A DNA stretch of 58,006 nucleotides, the filler included, from Catajapyx aquilonaris (Eukaryota): the NCBI GenBank assembly GCA_000934665.2. It is 4 parts of 4 records of this genome, joined end to end, with 100 filler letters (N's around TTAATTAATTAA, not from the genome) between each part and the next. Parts side by side here need not be neighbours in the genome. Positions count along the whole stretch, not along the records: positions 15,107 to 29,359 come from JYFJ02007844.1; positions 29,460 to 43,680 come from JYFJ02007845.1; 2 more parts are not named here. One strand, written 5' to 3'. The position numbers were made by a program, and so were the translations under genes. Shown here one piece after another: positions 23,301 to 36,481 of this stretch (position 1 is the stretch's first letter; every line of letters starts with the position of its first letter). Below the pieces are notes generated by a model that saw nothing but the letters and a program-made list of their open reading frames with translations, was not told the DNA's origin and made no database searches.

Positions 23301-26300
23301 AAAAAGTTTGAAAAATATGAGATAAGTGACATCAAAGGTTCGCAGTGGCCTACATGCAATCAACAATATTCAAAATGTAGTATAACAATACCAGATTTGC
23401 CATTACCAATAATATTCGCGGAACTCTGAGGTTCAACGTATAACACACGTAGAAGACGAATGGGATAATCCATCTCTAGAGCAATGCTCTCTCGCACCAC
23501 CGCAACATTTTCATCGCACTTTCATTAATAAAACAGGAAGTGGCAAGGTAGCGCTATCTTGAATCAAACTCCATATCCTCTTTCCTCCACTTCTCTCCCC
23601 CCCCAACCACCATGCCTTTCCATTCCATACACTTTCCGCTATATACGCACATGTACCTGTACAATGGCTCCATGGGAGTCCGCAGAAACGTTTCAACAGA
23701 TTCGCAGATAAATTATTCTGGACAGTGATGAATGGAAGCAGGAATCATGGGGCCATAAAAATGACCGGCAAGAGAGGCAGTGCTGGCTATACTGATGTAG
23801 TTTTGGTTATAACCACTTCAAATTTTTATACGTATTTCTTATCCAGGAGAAGGACTGTCCTGCATCTGAATTGGATCAAATGACCCGTTTTTTCCAGGTC
23901 AAATTTATTCTACGGCGAGTTTTATTTCGCCGAAAATTATAGATAGCCATAGTGAGAACATTCCAATCATGATGGATTTTCTCTCTGAATTTACGGTTCA
24001 AGATGCGAAAAAAATAACGGGCAGTGAATCTTTACTGCCGCATTCAAGGCTGCATTAGTTCAGATTTTAGCAAAGAGAATCGTGATATACACAATACACC
24101 GGTACCGGTAATGAATGTAAAATAAAAACTGTAGAATTAACTAATCAAAATAATTGGTAACTAATACAAATAGAAATATGAATTTACAAAATGTAAATCA
24201 GTCATAACGATTAATCTAATACGTATATGAACACTATGCATTCCTTACTGATTAGGCCATGTTATTCTCTATCTCGACTCAGATGCATAATGCGGGCTAC
24301 CCACCGCCTTATCTGAGTAAGGCCCACTACGGATCACCCATAGCGACAACTGAGGGCGACAAGGAGCTCGGCAAGTCGCGGAGTTGTCGTATTCCTTGAC
24401 AGAAGGTAGGTACCTCTGAAACAATATCAAGACATGACTAATCCTCATCTTTCCGAGCCTCATATCGCACTCAGTTTGGTTGTCCGTAGTGGGTGGCATT
24501 CAGGTGGGACCTGTCTTAGGCATTGAAATATAAAACCTCCGGTGAGGTTAGATCAGGCTGTCAGTCCAGATGCAACGAACCAATTCAGTGAGAACCATAA
24601 TTAGAAAATGAGCGCCACCTTTTACGACTTGGTTGGCGCAACACAAAATATTGACCGCGAAACATGTAGCGAATGAGGCAATCAAGTCATGATTCATGGC
24701 ATACGTCTTGCGGTCGCTATTACCAACATAATTTGCTCTAAACAAGCCTCTTCCTCCATAAGAGCTTGAAATGGGCCTTTCGAGTGGAACTTGCTTCCCA
24801 GGAGGGTCCAAAACTTGGATGAGTTATAAATCCGGCGTGTCGATTTACCAGGAAGAGGAAGTGGGAGTGGGGGACGAAGGTGGTGGAATAGGAGGGGGAG
24901 GAGGAGGGATTTTCTCCAGGGAAATGTCTGCGGGAGTCGTGGCTGCAATGTATTGTCTGCTGATGTAATAAGAGGCTTCGTCACTCGGGAAATTGATGGA
25001 TGCTGCAGCAACACAGAAGCAACTTCTCATTTTTGCTGGACAAACCTATTATTGCTCCTGACATGAAGGGTTTTTTTTTGTTTACTGTTGGGCGGAGAGA
25101 CAAATAAACAATTCCGATTGCAATCCGGAAACGGGTGCAGTCTTCTGATGACATATTGGAAGTTTATCTCTGTCAGAGCAGCTCAGCATGGCGGAGAAAA
25201 ATCAGTTTTGAAAAAGGGTCGTGCTGTTACAGGGTCGTTCCAAAGCAGGCCTATGATCAAATGACGTGTGCAGCTAGTATATATCCCCAGGTTTGGATAA
25301 AGTCACTCAAACACATGATTTAAGAGGAACAGGAGCTCACCATTGTTCAAGAGTGTCGAAGAAGCAGATAAAGTTAAGCAATATTTTACATTCGGTGAAT
25401 TATCATGTCAACGTGATTACTTTTTACACGCCCAACTAAACCGCGACTACTCCTAATCAAAAGCATCCACGTAACCAAGGCCCAGAATATTTTGGCCCAA
25501 ACTGATTGAAGTAGACTGGTAGTCTGGACTATAGGTCTCTGATTGACTGGGATCATGTTGGGAAGATAACTTAGAATCCAGCTGGGATGTTGCCCGAAAG
25601 TGTTTAAGAATGCTGTTCACCTCTTGCCTCAGGAGTGGACTAGAAAGATGGAGGGTTCTTTCCGGGCGAGATCTCCCCAGAATGGAAGGAGACTATTGAA
25701 TACCCGTGCGATTATTAGACCCAAGCTCGTAGGGAGAGTTGGAAGCCTGCATAAAATATGAGCCTTATATGGAATGAGCCTCGTGAGGATTGGATAGCGG
25801 CTATGACGTAACTGGCTAGTCATTTTTTATTCCTTAAAAATCCGAAAGTCTGTGCTATAACCTATAAGGTAGGCAAGAATGATGCAAGGTGATAGTGAAA
25901 TAGGTGCTAAGTGGTGAGCAGCCGCAGAATAAAAGAGTCTCTGGGAGCTGCGAGTGCATCGATTTCACTTCTTCTCCATATTGGATTTCGCTCAATTCGA
26001 TATTGCGGCCTAAAGATCCACTTTCCGTGGGAGGAAACGGGCCGCACGAAGAATGCTGCCTCCAGTCAATTTGCACCAGGTCTCCTGGAATTTGCCATTT
26101 GGGCCAGGGCTCTTTTTAACCCACAACTTGGGCTTCTACCTTGACATTTCATTAGTAATGACACACGAATGGCGGTCCTAGAACACTACACTCCCAAGTC
26201 TTAATTATTGGCTTGGGCTGTAATAAACCGTTTGTCGTTTGATTTTGGCCGACCTTTCACGATACCGTCTGGAAGGCCACTCCTTTTAGTAATTAGGTCT

Positions 26301-26659
26301 GAACCATTTTTGTGGACATGCAAGCTCCGGCATTCAGACGATTATGGCATAGCAGTAGCACATTATTGCTGGATTTATTACACAGACACACACATATTGG
26401 CTGCAGTCGTTGTGATTGGCTATGCAATCCGATGAGTAACACGACACGTAGGGGAAGGGATTGCCTGGTAGTAGTTTGCATAATTTTCATCTCACGAGTC
26501 GGATAAAGGTTCTTCACCTCCAATACAGTGCAGTGGTAGGCTACTATAGCAATGCTTTCATCACAGTAGCTAGCCAGAAAAGAAGACACCTACATATTTG
26601 TCACATTCAGGCATGCTTTTAATAGCAAATTTGCATAAATAATCAAGCGTTCCAGTTGG

Positions 26660-26875
26660 ACAGTGTTGTGCAATAATGGGCCAACCCACAAAAAATGTCA
26701 AAATTGAACTAAGCCCAGGAACATATGCCTAAAGGATCCTACATCATTCAGTTAAAATGACAGTGGTGAAATCTGCATATCTCTGCCATAAATGACTGAA
26801 AAGAACGCTGAATTAATTTCACATGTATGACTTTCAAAATCTCTTTCTCAAATCTGCTCTCATATGGGTTGACTC
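26660..26875. mobile_element. Dispersed MITE-like repeat, copy 2
   Basis: Aligns by eye with 18430-18630. Confidence 0.65.
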
Positions 26876-26911
26876 ATTATTCCTTTAAAAACGCTCTGCC
26901 TCCTCCTTGTC

Positions 26912-26925
26912 ATAATAATAATACA

Positions 26926-26968
<43 letters not shown>

Positions 26969-26988
26969 TAACAATAACAATAATAATA
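26912..26988. repeat. (AAT)n/(AATAAC)n microsatellite
   Basis: Direct observation. Confidence 0.9.
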
Positions 26989-28431
26989 AAGAACAGAGTG
27001 TTACGTTGTAGGCCTACCACTGTAGTAAGAAACACTCTGCAGAGTATTCCGTGACTAATTCCCTTTTTCAAATCTGATTCTATTACTGATTCCGAGACTC
27101 ACTTCTAATTAGTATAACACTGGTCAGCAAAATATATCCTTTTTTTGTAATATCTTTTTGCGCTGATTTCAAATCTGTTTGCAAAATTTTCTGAAGGACA
27201 AGGTTTTTCATTGACATCCATTAAAACTGGAATTTGAAATATTTAGAAAAAGGGAATGGATAATATTATGTTCCGGGTTGAAATCTTGTGTAAGAATTCA
27301 ACTGCTGGTTAGTGCCTAATTATTTGTGAAACAGATTCTGACTTGCAGGCTCTTTTCCTTCCTGCAAAACATTTGGAATGATACATGTTACTTTAAAAAA
27401 ACAATAAAAATTTATGCTACATTTTCACCCCTTACGGCGCCCTTGGGGCCAGGTTGGGATGACGTCACTTTTTACCCTTAAAAATTACACCGATTTCTCT
27501 CTATAGATGCAGTAAAACTTTTGAAGAAAATGTGTGCCAACTGCCAAATACGTATAAGGGACAATATAATTTATTGTCAGAAACAGACACCCTAGTGATG
27601 GCATACGTATGTTACGGTTACAGCACAGTTACAGCATTGCCTGTATTGGCCCTTTAAAATCAAACATGTTCGCCCATGGATAAGTTAGTTCTGGTGTCGA
27701 AACTGAGGCCCTTAAAAACTGCTAATCACTCACCTCTATCCATAAAATTAACAAAATAATCTCAATATTAATAGCCTACTTGTCAAAACAGACATAAATG
27801 GACGACAGGCTGCAGCTCTTGGCAAATGATAGTCCACATGTAGAATTACCTTTACAATAAACTCCGTGATTATACTGTATATTACAAGCAATAAACAGTG
27901 TCACATTACATGATCACGGCCCGCTCCTCTGCCTTCCTTAAATTACATTGCGTAATACCAATGACATCCTATGAAAAATACCTCAACATTCATCCAAATC
28001 TCCTAAAATGTAATAAAGCAATAAGCCCGACCAAGACCCCGACTTAATAAGTAGATAAAGAAGCAACAAAACAATGAATTATGGAGATCCATGATTTTCA
28101 AAATTAGTATGACTAACACTAGCGGGGAACAAAATTGAACTTTTTTTCTGGCACATGTATACTGTACAATTGTACATGAATGTGCGATTCCTATTGTATT
28201 TTTTGCGCTGATTTCTAATATGTTAACCAATATTTTCTATCACCCACAGTTTTTGAGTAATCTGCATTTTATTGTAGCAAAGAACTTCCCTCAACATACA
28301 AGTAGCACTGATAGACAAAATTGCAACTATTTTGGTGCATGTACTATATCGCTCAAAAACATAGCGACGATTTTGCATTTGACTCAAGTGCAGCAGCCTG
28401 CACTGGAATCACATGCAAAATCGTCTTAGAC

Positions 28432-28660
28432 TGGTAACGTCTAATTAGACGTTACATACTGGCGAAAATGTAACGTCTAAATTTGACATATCATGGTAAC
28501 GTCTAAACTTGACATATAATGGTAACGTCTAAACTTGACATATCATGGTAACGTCTAAACTTGACATATCATGGTAACGTCTAAACTTGACATATCGTGG
28601 TAACATCTACACCAGTGGTGTGTATTGGTAACGTCTAAACTTGACGTATCGTGGTAACGT
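28432..28660. repeat. 26-bp minisatellite (tggtaacgtctaaacttgacatatca)
   Basis: About 4 near-perfect units at 28494-28600 plus degenerate flanking units. Confidence 0.9.
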
Positions 28661-28689
28661 CAACAGCAGTGGTTTCCAACAGGGGGGTC

Positions 28690-28989
28690 GCCCCCCCCCC
28701 CGCCCCCATTGAGGGGGGTGGAAATACCACCATCAGGAACTGCGCAATGAAACATTACTTAATCGTTCCAAGGGTAAGTATAGGAGGGGATGTGCAAAGT
28801 GCAAGTTCAATGTCGCTCATTGATCATTTTGTGAACTCCCCCGGGTGGATTAGTCTAGCGGAAATTTCCACCCGAGGCGAAGCCAGAGATGGCCCAACTC
28901 TGCACGAAAGAAGGTGGGAACCCCGGGCTGGGATCGAACCCGGGACCTTCACTTCCGTGGGCGCGTGCGTTACCGCAGCACCACTCCGC

Positions 28990-28992
<3 letters not shown>
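28690..28992 (-). mobile_element. tRNA-derived SINE with family A head and core but a different 3' tail
   Basis: 28781-28992 aligns with 7676-7890. The distal part instead carries GTGGTATTTCCACCCCCCT, shared with the SINE at 46052. Confidence 0.78.
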
Positions 28993-29040
<48 letters not shown>

Positions 29041-29266
29041 TTTATTTATTTATTATTATTATATATATTGTATATATATATGTATATGTATATATATATT
29101 TTGTATATATATATGTATATGTATATATATATTTTGTATATATATATGTATATGTATATATATATTTTGTATATATATATATGTATATGTATATATATAT
29201 TTTGTATATATATATGTATGTATATGTATATATATGTATATATATGTATATATATATGTATATATA
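28992..29266. repeat. (CT)n followed by compound (TA/TATG)-rich microsatellite with about 30-nt higher-order units
   Basis: Direct observation. Confidence 0.9.
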
Positions 29267-29359
29267 CAGGGTGATCAAACTTTTTTGTCGTTTTAGTTAT
29301 TGACAAATTCGGCCTAAGCTGCTTATATTGTAGCCCGTTACCTGGCAACCCCGTCCGGC

Positions 29360-29459
29360 NNNNNNNNNNNNNNNNNNNNNNNNNNNNNNNNNNNNNNNNN
29401 NNNTTAATTAATTAANNNNNNNNNNNNNNNNNNNNNNNNNNNNNNNNNNNNNNNNNNNN
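29360..29459. other. Artificial contig-joining linker
   Basis: N44-TTAATTAATTAA-N44. Confidence 0.97.
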
Positions 29460-31059
29460 TCAACATGTCCGTAACCCGGCAGCGCCCAGGATTACCAACA
29501 TATAAACACAAAAGCACATAAACAGTCGCGACATTACTTTTGCGGTCAATAGTACAGCCCTTACAGTAATTTTAAATAAATTATTAAATAAATATATATA
29601 CTAACGGCTACATAGTGCCAGGACACCATTTACCTACAGTAGTAATTAAGAGCCGCTTTTAAACAATCCTGATATCTTTCTGATTTTAATCAGTTACTGT
29701 GAGAAAGATTTCTAAGGAAAAATATGTGCACGATGACAGATGCAAAAAAAAATCATTTTGAAAAATCATTTAGGAGAACATGAGTACACCAAGCATTCAT
29801 TCTGAAGCATTTCTAACGCGCGAAGAGAAATCACTTGGAGGAGTCAAATGGACGAAAAGAAACACGTGAAGTGTCATTTATTTCACCCCCTCCTCCTCCG
29901 TCATTTTGCTCTGTTACTTTGTGTTTTTCGGGGTGGAGCCGAGTGAATGGAGGCAATAATCCGAAACCAAGGGGGGAACAAGCACATGACTCGATAGGGG
30001 AATAATTAATGGATGATGGAAAAGCCAATGGATGGAGGGGGGGAATTGAAAAGAAGGTTGAGGGTTAGGCAGGATGAACGAAGCTGCTGTTCCATAATNG
30101 TACGAATACATTCAGCTAGAGTCAGTTGGTAGCTAGCTGACTCCATGGCTTGCCGACATGCCACATATACTAGAGTCTCATTCTTGGAATCAATGATGAG
30201 GTTTATGCAGGAGATACTTTATTGTTTCCTCTCGGGATAACTCGTCCTTCTGACACCGGTACAGTACAAATCATCCGCATATAATTGTGTATTATACAAG
30301 AGCAGTTTCTATTAATACGAGACAACTCTGGAATACCCACACAATATTGATACCAAAACAAAAATGCACTTTAAAAGGACTAAATTATCCATTGGGAATT
30401 GTAAGAATTTTTAAATAATTTCTTACTTTGCTTTTTTTGGAAAGTTTAATACCAATAAAATTCAAGGCCATCAGGGTGGTGACTCCTCTCAGGATATAAA
30501 CTTTTTACGACTTCATAATAGCCATCGTCGTTGCGACGCCTGAATCAATGTGTGCCATCATCGAAGGAATGACATGCTGCATTCCGCAGAAGAGGAAGAA
30601 CTTTTTCAAATGCAATATTCTCTCATCTATATCAATTAGAAATTTCGGAAAGGATTTTAATGAGTCCTCTCCGCATTGTCCCATGTTTCCTCCTGACAAG
30701 GGAAGGTCACGGGGTGATAATGACGGGTCTTGATGAAATTTAACATGCTAATACAGGACAATATATGATACCCAAAAATGAAATATTTCGTGCGGAACCC
30801 CCCATATTTGCAAAAGTTATGACGTCGGCTATACAATGACTACAGTCCACACAAATGAGTCGTGCTTCATTAAGTGCAATAACCCTTTTCTCGTGCGTGT
30901 GAGTTAAATAATATTTCAAGGTGTTTTCCGTACGTTCCGCTCTGAAGAAAAAATAAGTAATTATTCACTCTAAGAAGCCACAACACTATATCCCACGCAG
31001 GCGTTCATGCTCATTATTTGTCATAATATCAGAAGTAGCGACATCTTATTCGTGCAATA

Positions 31060-31560
31060 AAATTATACAGCAGATCAAAAGAAGCATCTCATTGAATCAG
31101 GTGACGGGACAGTTTCACCTCAAGTCGCTTAAGACCTGAAAACCTGCTGGCACTTGATTATCCAAGACCGGCAGCGTATACCTCTTGCATGTGGGTGTGG
31201 AAAAGAACTGGATGGTAATTATTCCCATGGAAAAAGAGGGGAAAGTGTTCCCAAGAAATAATGACCGCAGACTTGGCCGTGAATGTTTGATGAGAGAAAA
31301 ACCCAATTATAGTGTCCCGCAGAAGACGGAAAAAAATGTGCGCGTCCTGGTCGACCAGGTTACAAATGTACTTTGAAGTGTGTAGGGAATCTGCCAATTA
31401 GTTTCCATGACGTCAGCATGCACCGTATTCAATGAACTGAATGGCCCATGCAGCAGGTCTCTTTGGGTGTCTTTGTGAGCAAGACTAGCATTTAATCTTT
31501 TCTGTGAGGTTCGTCCGGAGGCATCGGCTTCTTTTCGTCGCATATATGCCACGCACGCAT
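31060..31560 (-). pseudogene. Highly degenerate Tc1-like transposase remnant
   Basis: Remnants SVFCG..TIIGFFSHQTFT (cf. IIGPFFF) and PSPDSMRCFF*S (cf. SPDLxxxDFFLW). Confidence 0.45.
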
Positions 31561-32349
31561 GCCTTTGTTGCCTTTCTAAGCTCCCTGTTTTTTTGTGTGT
31601 TAAGCGGTCTAGACTCACCCCGTCAAGGAGAGGCTGAGTCTCATTTTGGCCATTCACCGTAAACATAAACCCTTACTGTCACTATTTCTAAATAATATTG
31701 CTATAAGAAAGACGTCTGGCGATGACTTTCTCAGACAACTTCATCTTTCTTCTGATGCAACAAGCCAAGCTCCCGTAATGGGTTGGTTTAGCACTATTAG
31801 CAGTGCTGAGTACTTATTTTGACTCTGCTGAGTTTATTGACTGGCCCGTGGGAATTCTCAAGCCATGTCCGTATGGTCATGTACGTTTATAAGAAATATG
31901 TCGCTCTATACTAAAATGACAGATACATACATGACGAAAGTGTAGCTTACTGGTAGCAGATCGCAATTGGTATGGGAAATGCCAGATTGTCGGCTGTATT
32001 GCTTCATAAATGTCGATTCCATCACACGTGTTTGAGTGACCCATACATGGTGTCGGATGTGATTACGACTCAGAGCTAAAAATAATTTATTGCAAAATCG
32101 GTATATGCACATATCCGGAATTGCAAAGTTAAAGATTCCCAGCCGATTTTAGCCGACATAATTTTTCAATAACTTTTAGTCTGCGAATCTATAATGAGCA
32201 GACGATATTCCATCTCCGTCCATACGTACGTGTTGTATCTTGTTAGATGTAGCCGTAGCCGTGAAACCCCTTATGCGGGTTGGCAGCTGCTAAAGGTTGT
32301 TGTTAATCTTGACCTGGCAGACAATATTTACCACACGATCCCACGGAAA

Positions 32350-32760
32350 AGAAATTATTGGCCGGTTGACCTATATTGGCTCTATATGGAATTGTTCCAC
32401 CTCTATATACCAATCTTCCTGGAGAAGGCTTTGACAGAGGCCTCGTATCTGGACATGTTGGAGAGTATTACGTCGTTCTTCCCCGTCAATTACCAGATGA
32501 AACTGCCTTCCAACCAGATCGTGTACTACTCCAGCACAGCCTCATGTGATGATACATCATCTGAATCATGAGTTGCCTGGGGGATGAATAGGCAGAAGGG
32601 GACAATAATTGTCTTCCTCTGTCTCCCAAGTTTCAAGACATGTGAGGTCATGTAACACTGCCTACCAGGTCAAGGTCAGATATGACCTTCAGCAGTTGAT
32701 ACACCCAAAATGCTAAAAAGAACACATGAATTGAGATAGAATATCGCCTGGATAATTGTC
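32350..32760 (+). pseudogene. Degenerate Tc1/mariner-superfamily transposase remnant
   Basis: IFLEKALTEASYLDMLE, LPGG*IGRRG and PLSP fragments follow the order GPFFF-YLDML-PGRWIGR-WPPRSPD. Confidence 0.55.
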
Positions 32761-34006
32761 GGGCTGACTTTTTTATTTATTTTTTATTTATTTTTATACA
32801 TATTATGAATGTGTGAATAATTCATTTTGGGTCGTAAATCTCGTGATCATGTTCACCCGGTTGTGGGATAACTGCTGAGTAACCTAATCAAAAGTAACTC
32901 TTCAGAAATGACAAAAAAATTGAGTCTAAAAACTTATGTTAATTATTGCACTGTATATACAGTCGGTCCGCAGTTATCCGTGGTAATTGGTTCCAAGGCC
33001 TCCCGCGGATACACAGAACGTTATAGTATACCGTATACGATATAATAAGTTATATACAGTAAGATATACGGTTTAAAAATATATACTTGTGATAAGTTTA
33101 ATTTAAAAATTATATACCAGACGAAAACAAATAACAATACAGTAGTGTATTTAGTGCAACAAAAAACGTTTTAAATTTACTAAATTAATGTTTTATTAAA
33201 TATACTGTAGAAGTGTAGAACATTTTCAAACAGCCGAAAACTGAAACTGCGAATGACTGGGGCGGGCCGACTGTACTTAACAGACATCACAGGAAAGTTG
33301 TTCCAAGAATAATACCACATACTGGAAACAAGTGTACAGTACGTCATGTGTAGGCTACGTACAGTATATAATATACACAAATATTTTTTTTACTTCTTGC
33401 ATGTGACATACGACTACCTATACCAGATTGGTTTTTGCTTTAGTTCTAAAATAGATCGTGAGAAGACGATTTCAAAGTGATGGGAATGTGTTCAAGAGCA
33501 CCTCATTGGGATGCAAATGGCCTGATAAAAAATAGGATCCGTAAAGGTCACTACTTTCACATTGACAGTCTCGATCAATCAACGTGTGCGCAACTTAAAG
33601 ATCACTGATGGCTGAGTGACGAATGTGGTGGGGGAGCTCTCTTAAATGTGGGAATCAATCTCCATTTTTTATGACTTCCCCGCTTTCACTAACTTAGAAG
33701 CCTTGGTATTGTACACGCAATTATAAATATTCTATATGTACAGTACGTTTTACTGCCGCACTGATAAATAAGCCTATTTGACTTTCCAATTCTGTTTTTA
33801 AGTCTATTTTTATTTGGTCACTCAGTTGCCGATATATACAGTAAAACCAGGACTACATAACCTGGGGCAATATCGCGTGTGACGTTAGAATAACATGCAG
33901 GTATGTCCAGCATTTATAACGCATAACGCATAACAATACTTCTCGTGAGATGATTAGGAAGCGTAATGATTCGTACAGGCGACTGAGTAGTGTACCGCTT
34001 TTCCAG

Positions 34007-34496
34007 GAATACCCGTGGAACAAGAGGAGGAAGAAGAGGAGAATGAAGAAGATGAGGAATGCGTAGAGGACGATGCAGAGCACAGGACAAGAGCATTGGT
34101 AATGCCACCTGAAGCAGTGCTTCATGAGGAAGCGGCATCTGCTCTTGTCACGTGCAACAACAAGAAGAGGAAGAGAGTGGATGAGGGAGATGAAGTGGAA
34201 GAAACCGAAGATGAGATGTGCAGTACGGGACTGGGGGACGGAGGATCTGGAGGAGGATGCTGCTCGGGAGCCGCTTCTTCTTCACAGGGCGGAAGCGGTA
34301 GTTCCTCATCAATGGGGGTGGGTGGTGGCGGAAAAAAGGCGAGAAAGGCGCGCACGGCCTTCACGGACCAGCAGCTGGCCACCCTGGAAAAGAGCTTCGA
34401 GAGGCAAAAGTACCTAAGCGTCCAGGACCGCATGGAGCTGGCATCAAAACTCAACCTGACAGACACTCAAGTCAAGACATGGTACCAAAACAGAAG
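34007..34496 (+). CDS. BarH: BarH-like homeobox protein, homeodomain exon
   Basis: Acceptor ttttccag|GA, acidic and Gly/Ser tracts, then [54 protein letters not shown], with the Bar-diagnostic T47 and Y49 (TWYQN). Donor AG|GTCTGA. Confidence 0.95.
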
Positions 34497-34577
34497 GTCT
34501 GATTCTTTTTTTTGACATGTTAGCTCATGACGTATGAGGGTGACAATGCACCATGCCCAATGTGTATACTCTGACAG

Positions 34578-34961
34578 GACGAAGTGGAAGCGTCAGACGG
34601 CAGTGGGATTGGAATTGCTGGCTGAAGCGGGGAACTTGGCTGCTCTTCAGAGGCTCTACGGGGCTGCCACCTCGCCATATGCGACTGCTGCTGCTTGCTG
34701 GCCATACCCTACTGCAACCGCTTCTGCACCGGGGCCACCCCCGGGGCCTCCCCTGACCCATCCTCCCCCGCCTCCGCATCCTCCTCCTCATCACCCGTCC
34801 CACCACCATTCGCACCACCTGATGCAGATTCACTCGGGTTCTGCATTGGACCTGTACTATAGGAGCGCAGCAGCAGCCGCAGCTACAGCAGCGGCAGCGG
34901 CAGCCGCAGCTGCTGCCTCATCTGCAGCGGCTTCGGGACTGCAGAAACCTATGCCTTGCAG
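34578..34961 (+). CDS. BarH: BarH-like homeobox protein, exon after an 81-nt intron
   Basis: Acceptor ctgacag|G completes RR-TKWKRQTAVGLELLAEAGN, the BarH/BARHL C-terminal extension. Pro/His and poly-Ala tracts, LDLYYR and LQKPMP follow. Donor AG|GTAGGT. Confidence 0.93.
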
Positions 34962-36288
34962 GTAGGTCGTTGCTGCTTTTTCTGTCAACAACGCAAGTGG
35001 TAAGCACAAGTGTTACGTTGGAAGCAAACAATAGGGTACAACTTCAGCCTAAGGCAGTGGACGTTGCGGGTCAAATGTTGTATTGTAATAATTGTTATTG
35101 TTCAAAATCACTGTGGTAAATACTGTATATATCTCTAATCCTTGTGTCTAAGACATGACACGACGTAAATAATGAATGCGTATACTGGTCAAAGCAAATA
35201 TAACCATCAAATAAAAGGTACGGTACCTCAACAAGTAACTTGGATAAATCAAAAGTCCAATCAAGTTATTGATCCAAAGGCATCAATACTCAAAATATGG
35301 TTCCGGATGTGCATAGACCATGCGAACGATGCATTATTCAACCGGGGGAATCCGTCAAAATGTCAAATGGAGACATTATAAGACTAGAGGCAGGATCATA
35401 GATTAATTAATCTATGGGCAGGATATTATAGGCACCAACGTAATCACCAGGGGAAAAACCACCACAGTTATTCAATGAGTCATCGACCATCATACTTAGC
35501 CTGCACACCATTCTCGTCGTAATGTGCATGCTTGTGTACGACGAATCATATTATACGTAACACTTACCCATTCATTAGAGCACATCCGACGTAGTTGCCT
35601 AACACAACACTTGCACAACACTCGTCATATACTTAACACGTACGCGAACAAAAACTGGTCTTAGCACACACAAAATTTCGTAGCATAACAAGCTGCAAGC
35701 CTTAATCAGATGAGGCTGGGAACGGACCCCAATAATTTAACAACTGCAGCACAGGACTGCTGTCACTTGTTTGAGTCACTCCAACTTATAAGTCAACTAG
35801 TCAAAAGGCAAAGAAAAATGCTGACAATAACCAAAACAAGGGAGGAACTCAGGAACATAATTATCAAGGTTCACGTTCCGCATGCACCACAACGGGAAGT
35901 TTTTGTGAAAGAACATCTTGGGTGTACAGTAGTACTGTACTGTACATGTCATTTTGTGTTAAAGTTAGTTTCGGGAAATTTGATTGCGTCGTCATAACCT
36001 GCAGGTGTATAGTATCCGCTGACGGGCTAAATTCTTCTGTCGAATCTCGCACGGGACAACAGGGGCGTGAAAGCTGTTTACGGGCCCTAAGCCGTAGGGG
36101 TCCTGAATGCCCTCCACGGACCACATTATTCCTTTGTGTCGTAAACTTGAAATCGGCTGGGGGGAAAAAATGGAATAGAATGTTACAGGACTTACAATGC
36201 ATGACTTAATTTGTGGTCCATATTACTCCCAGTGAAACTTCAAATTTCCCAGTAACAAACATAATGATGTTGCCATGTTAACCCGCAG

Positions 36289-36481
36289 GATCTACCCGTC
36301 ACTGCCAATGGCTCCGTCGCCCCCTTCGCCCCCGTCCCCTCCTCCCACCGCAATTTGCAGCACAGCTGCATCACCTTCGCAGCAACAGCAACAGCAGCAG
36401 TCTCAACCGCAACGCCGCAGTAGCAGCAACAGCAGCAACCGCAGCCGGCTCCTGCTGCATTCTCCGCAGTCATCTTGTTGA
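36289..36481 (+). CDS. BarH: BarH-like homeobox protein, probable last coding exon
   Basis: Acceptor acccgcag|G is phase-compatible and gives LQKPMPCR-IYP (cf. Bar LQKPLPYRLY). Pro/Ser/Gln-rich tail ending at TGA 36479-36481. Confidence 0.75.

Noticed and set aside
28432..28660. CRISPR-like array
   Set aside because: The units are contiguous with no unique spacers, no cas genes are present and the context is eukaryotic. The same applies to 51373-51470.
28651..29348. YI/YICI-repeat ORFs
   Set aside because: They are translations of (CT)n and (TA)n microsatellites plus a SINE.
30450..30700. Possible DNA transposase remnant on the minus strand
   Set aside because: Only a vague motif resemblance; too weak to call.
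35990..36209. Alternative last BarH exon at cctgcag|G (about 36005)
   Set aside because: It is phase-compatible, but the translation lacks the R-[IL]-Y-P continuation and the low-complexity composition seen at 36289.
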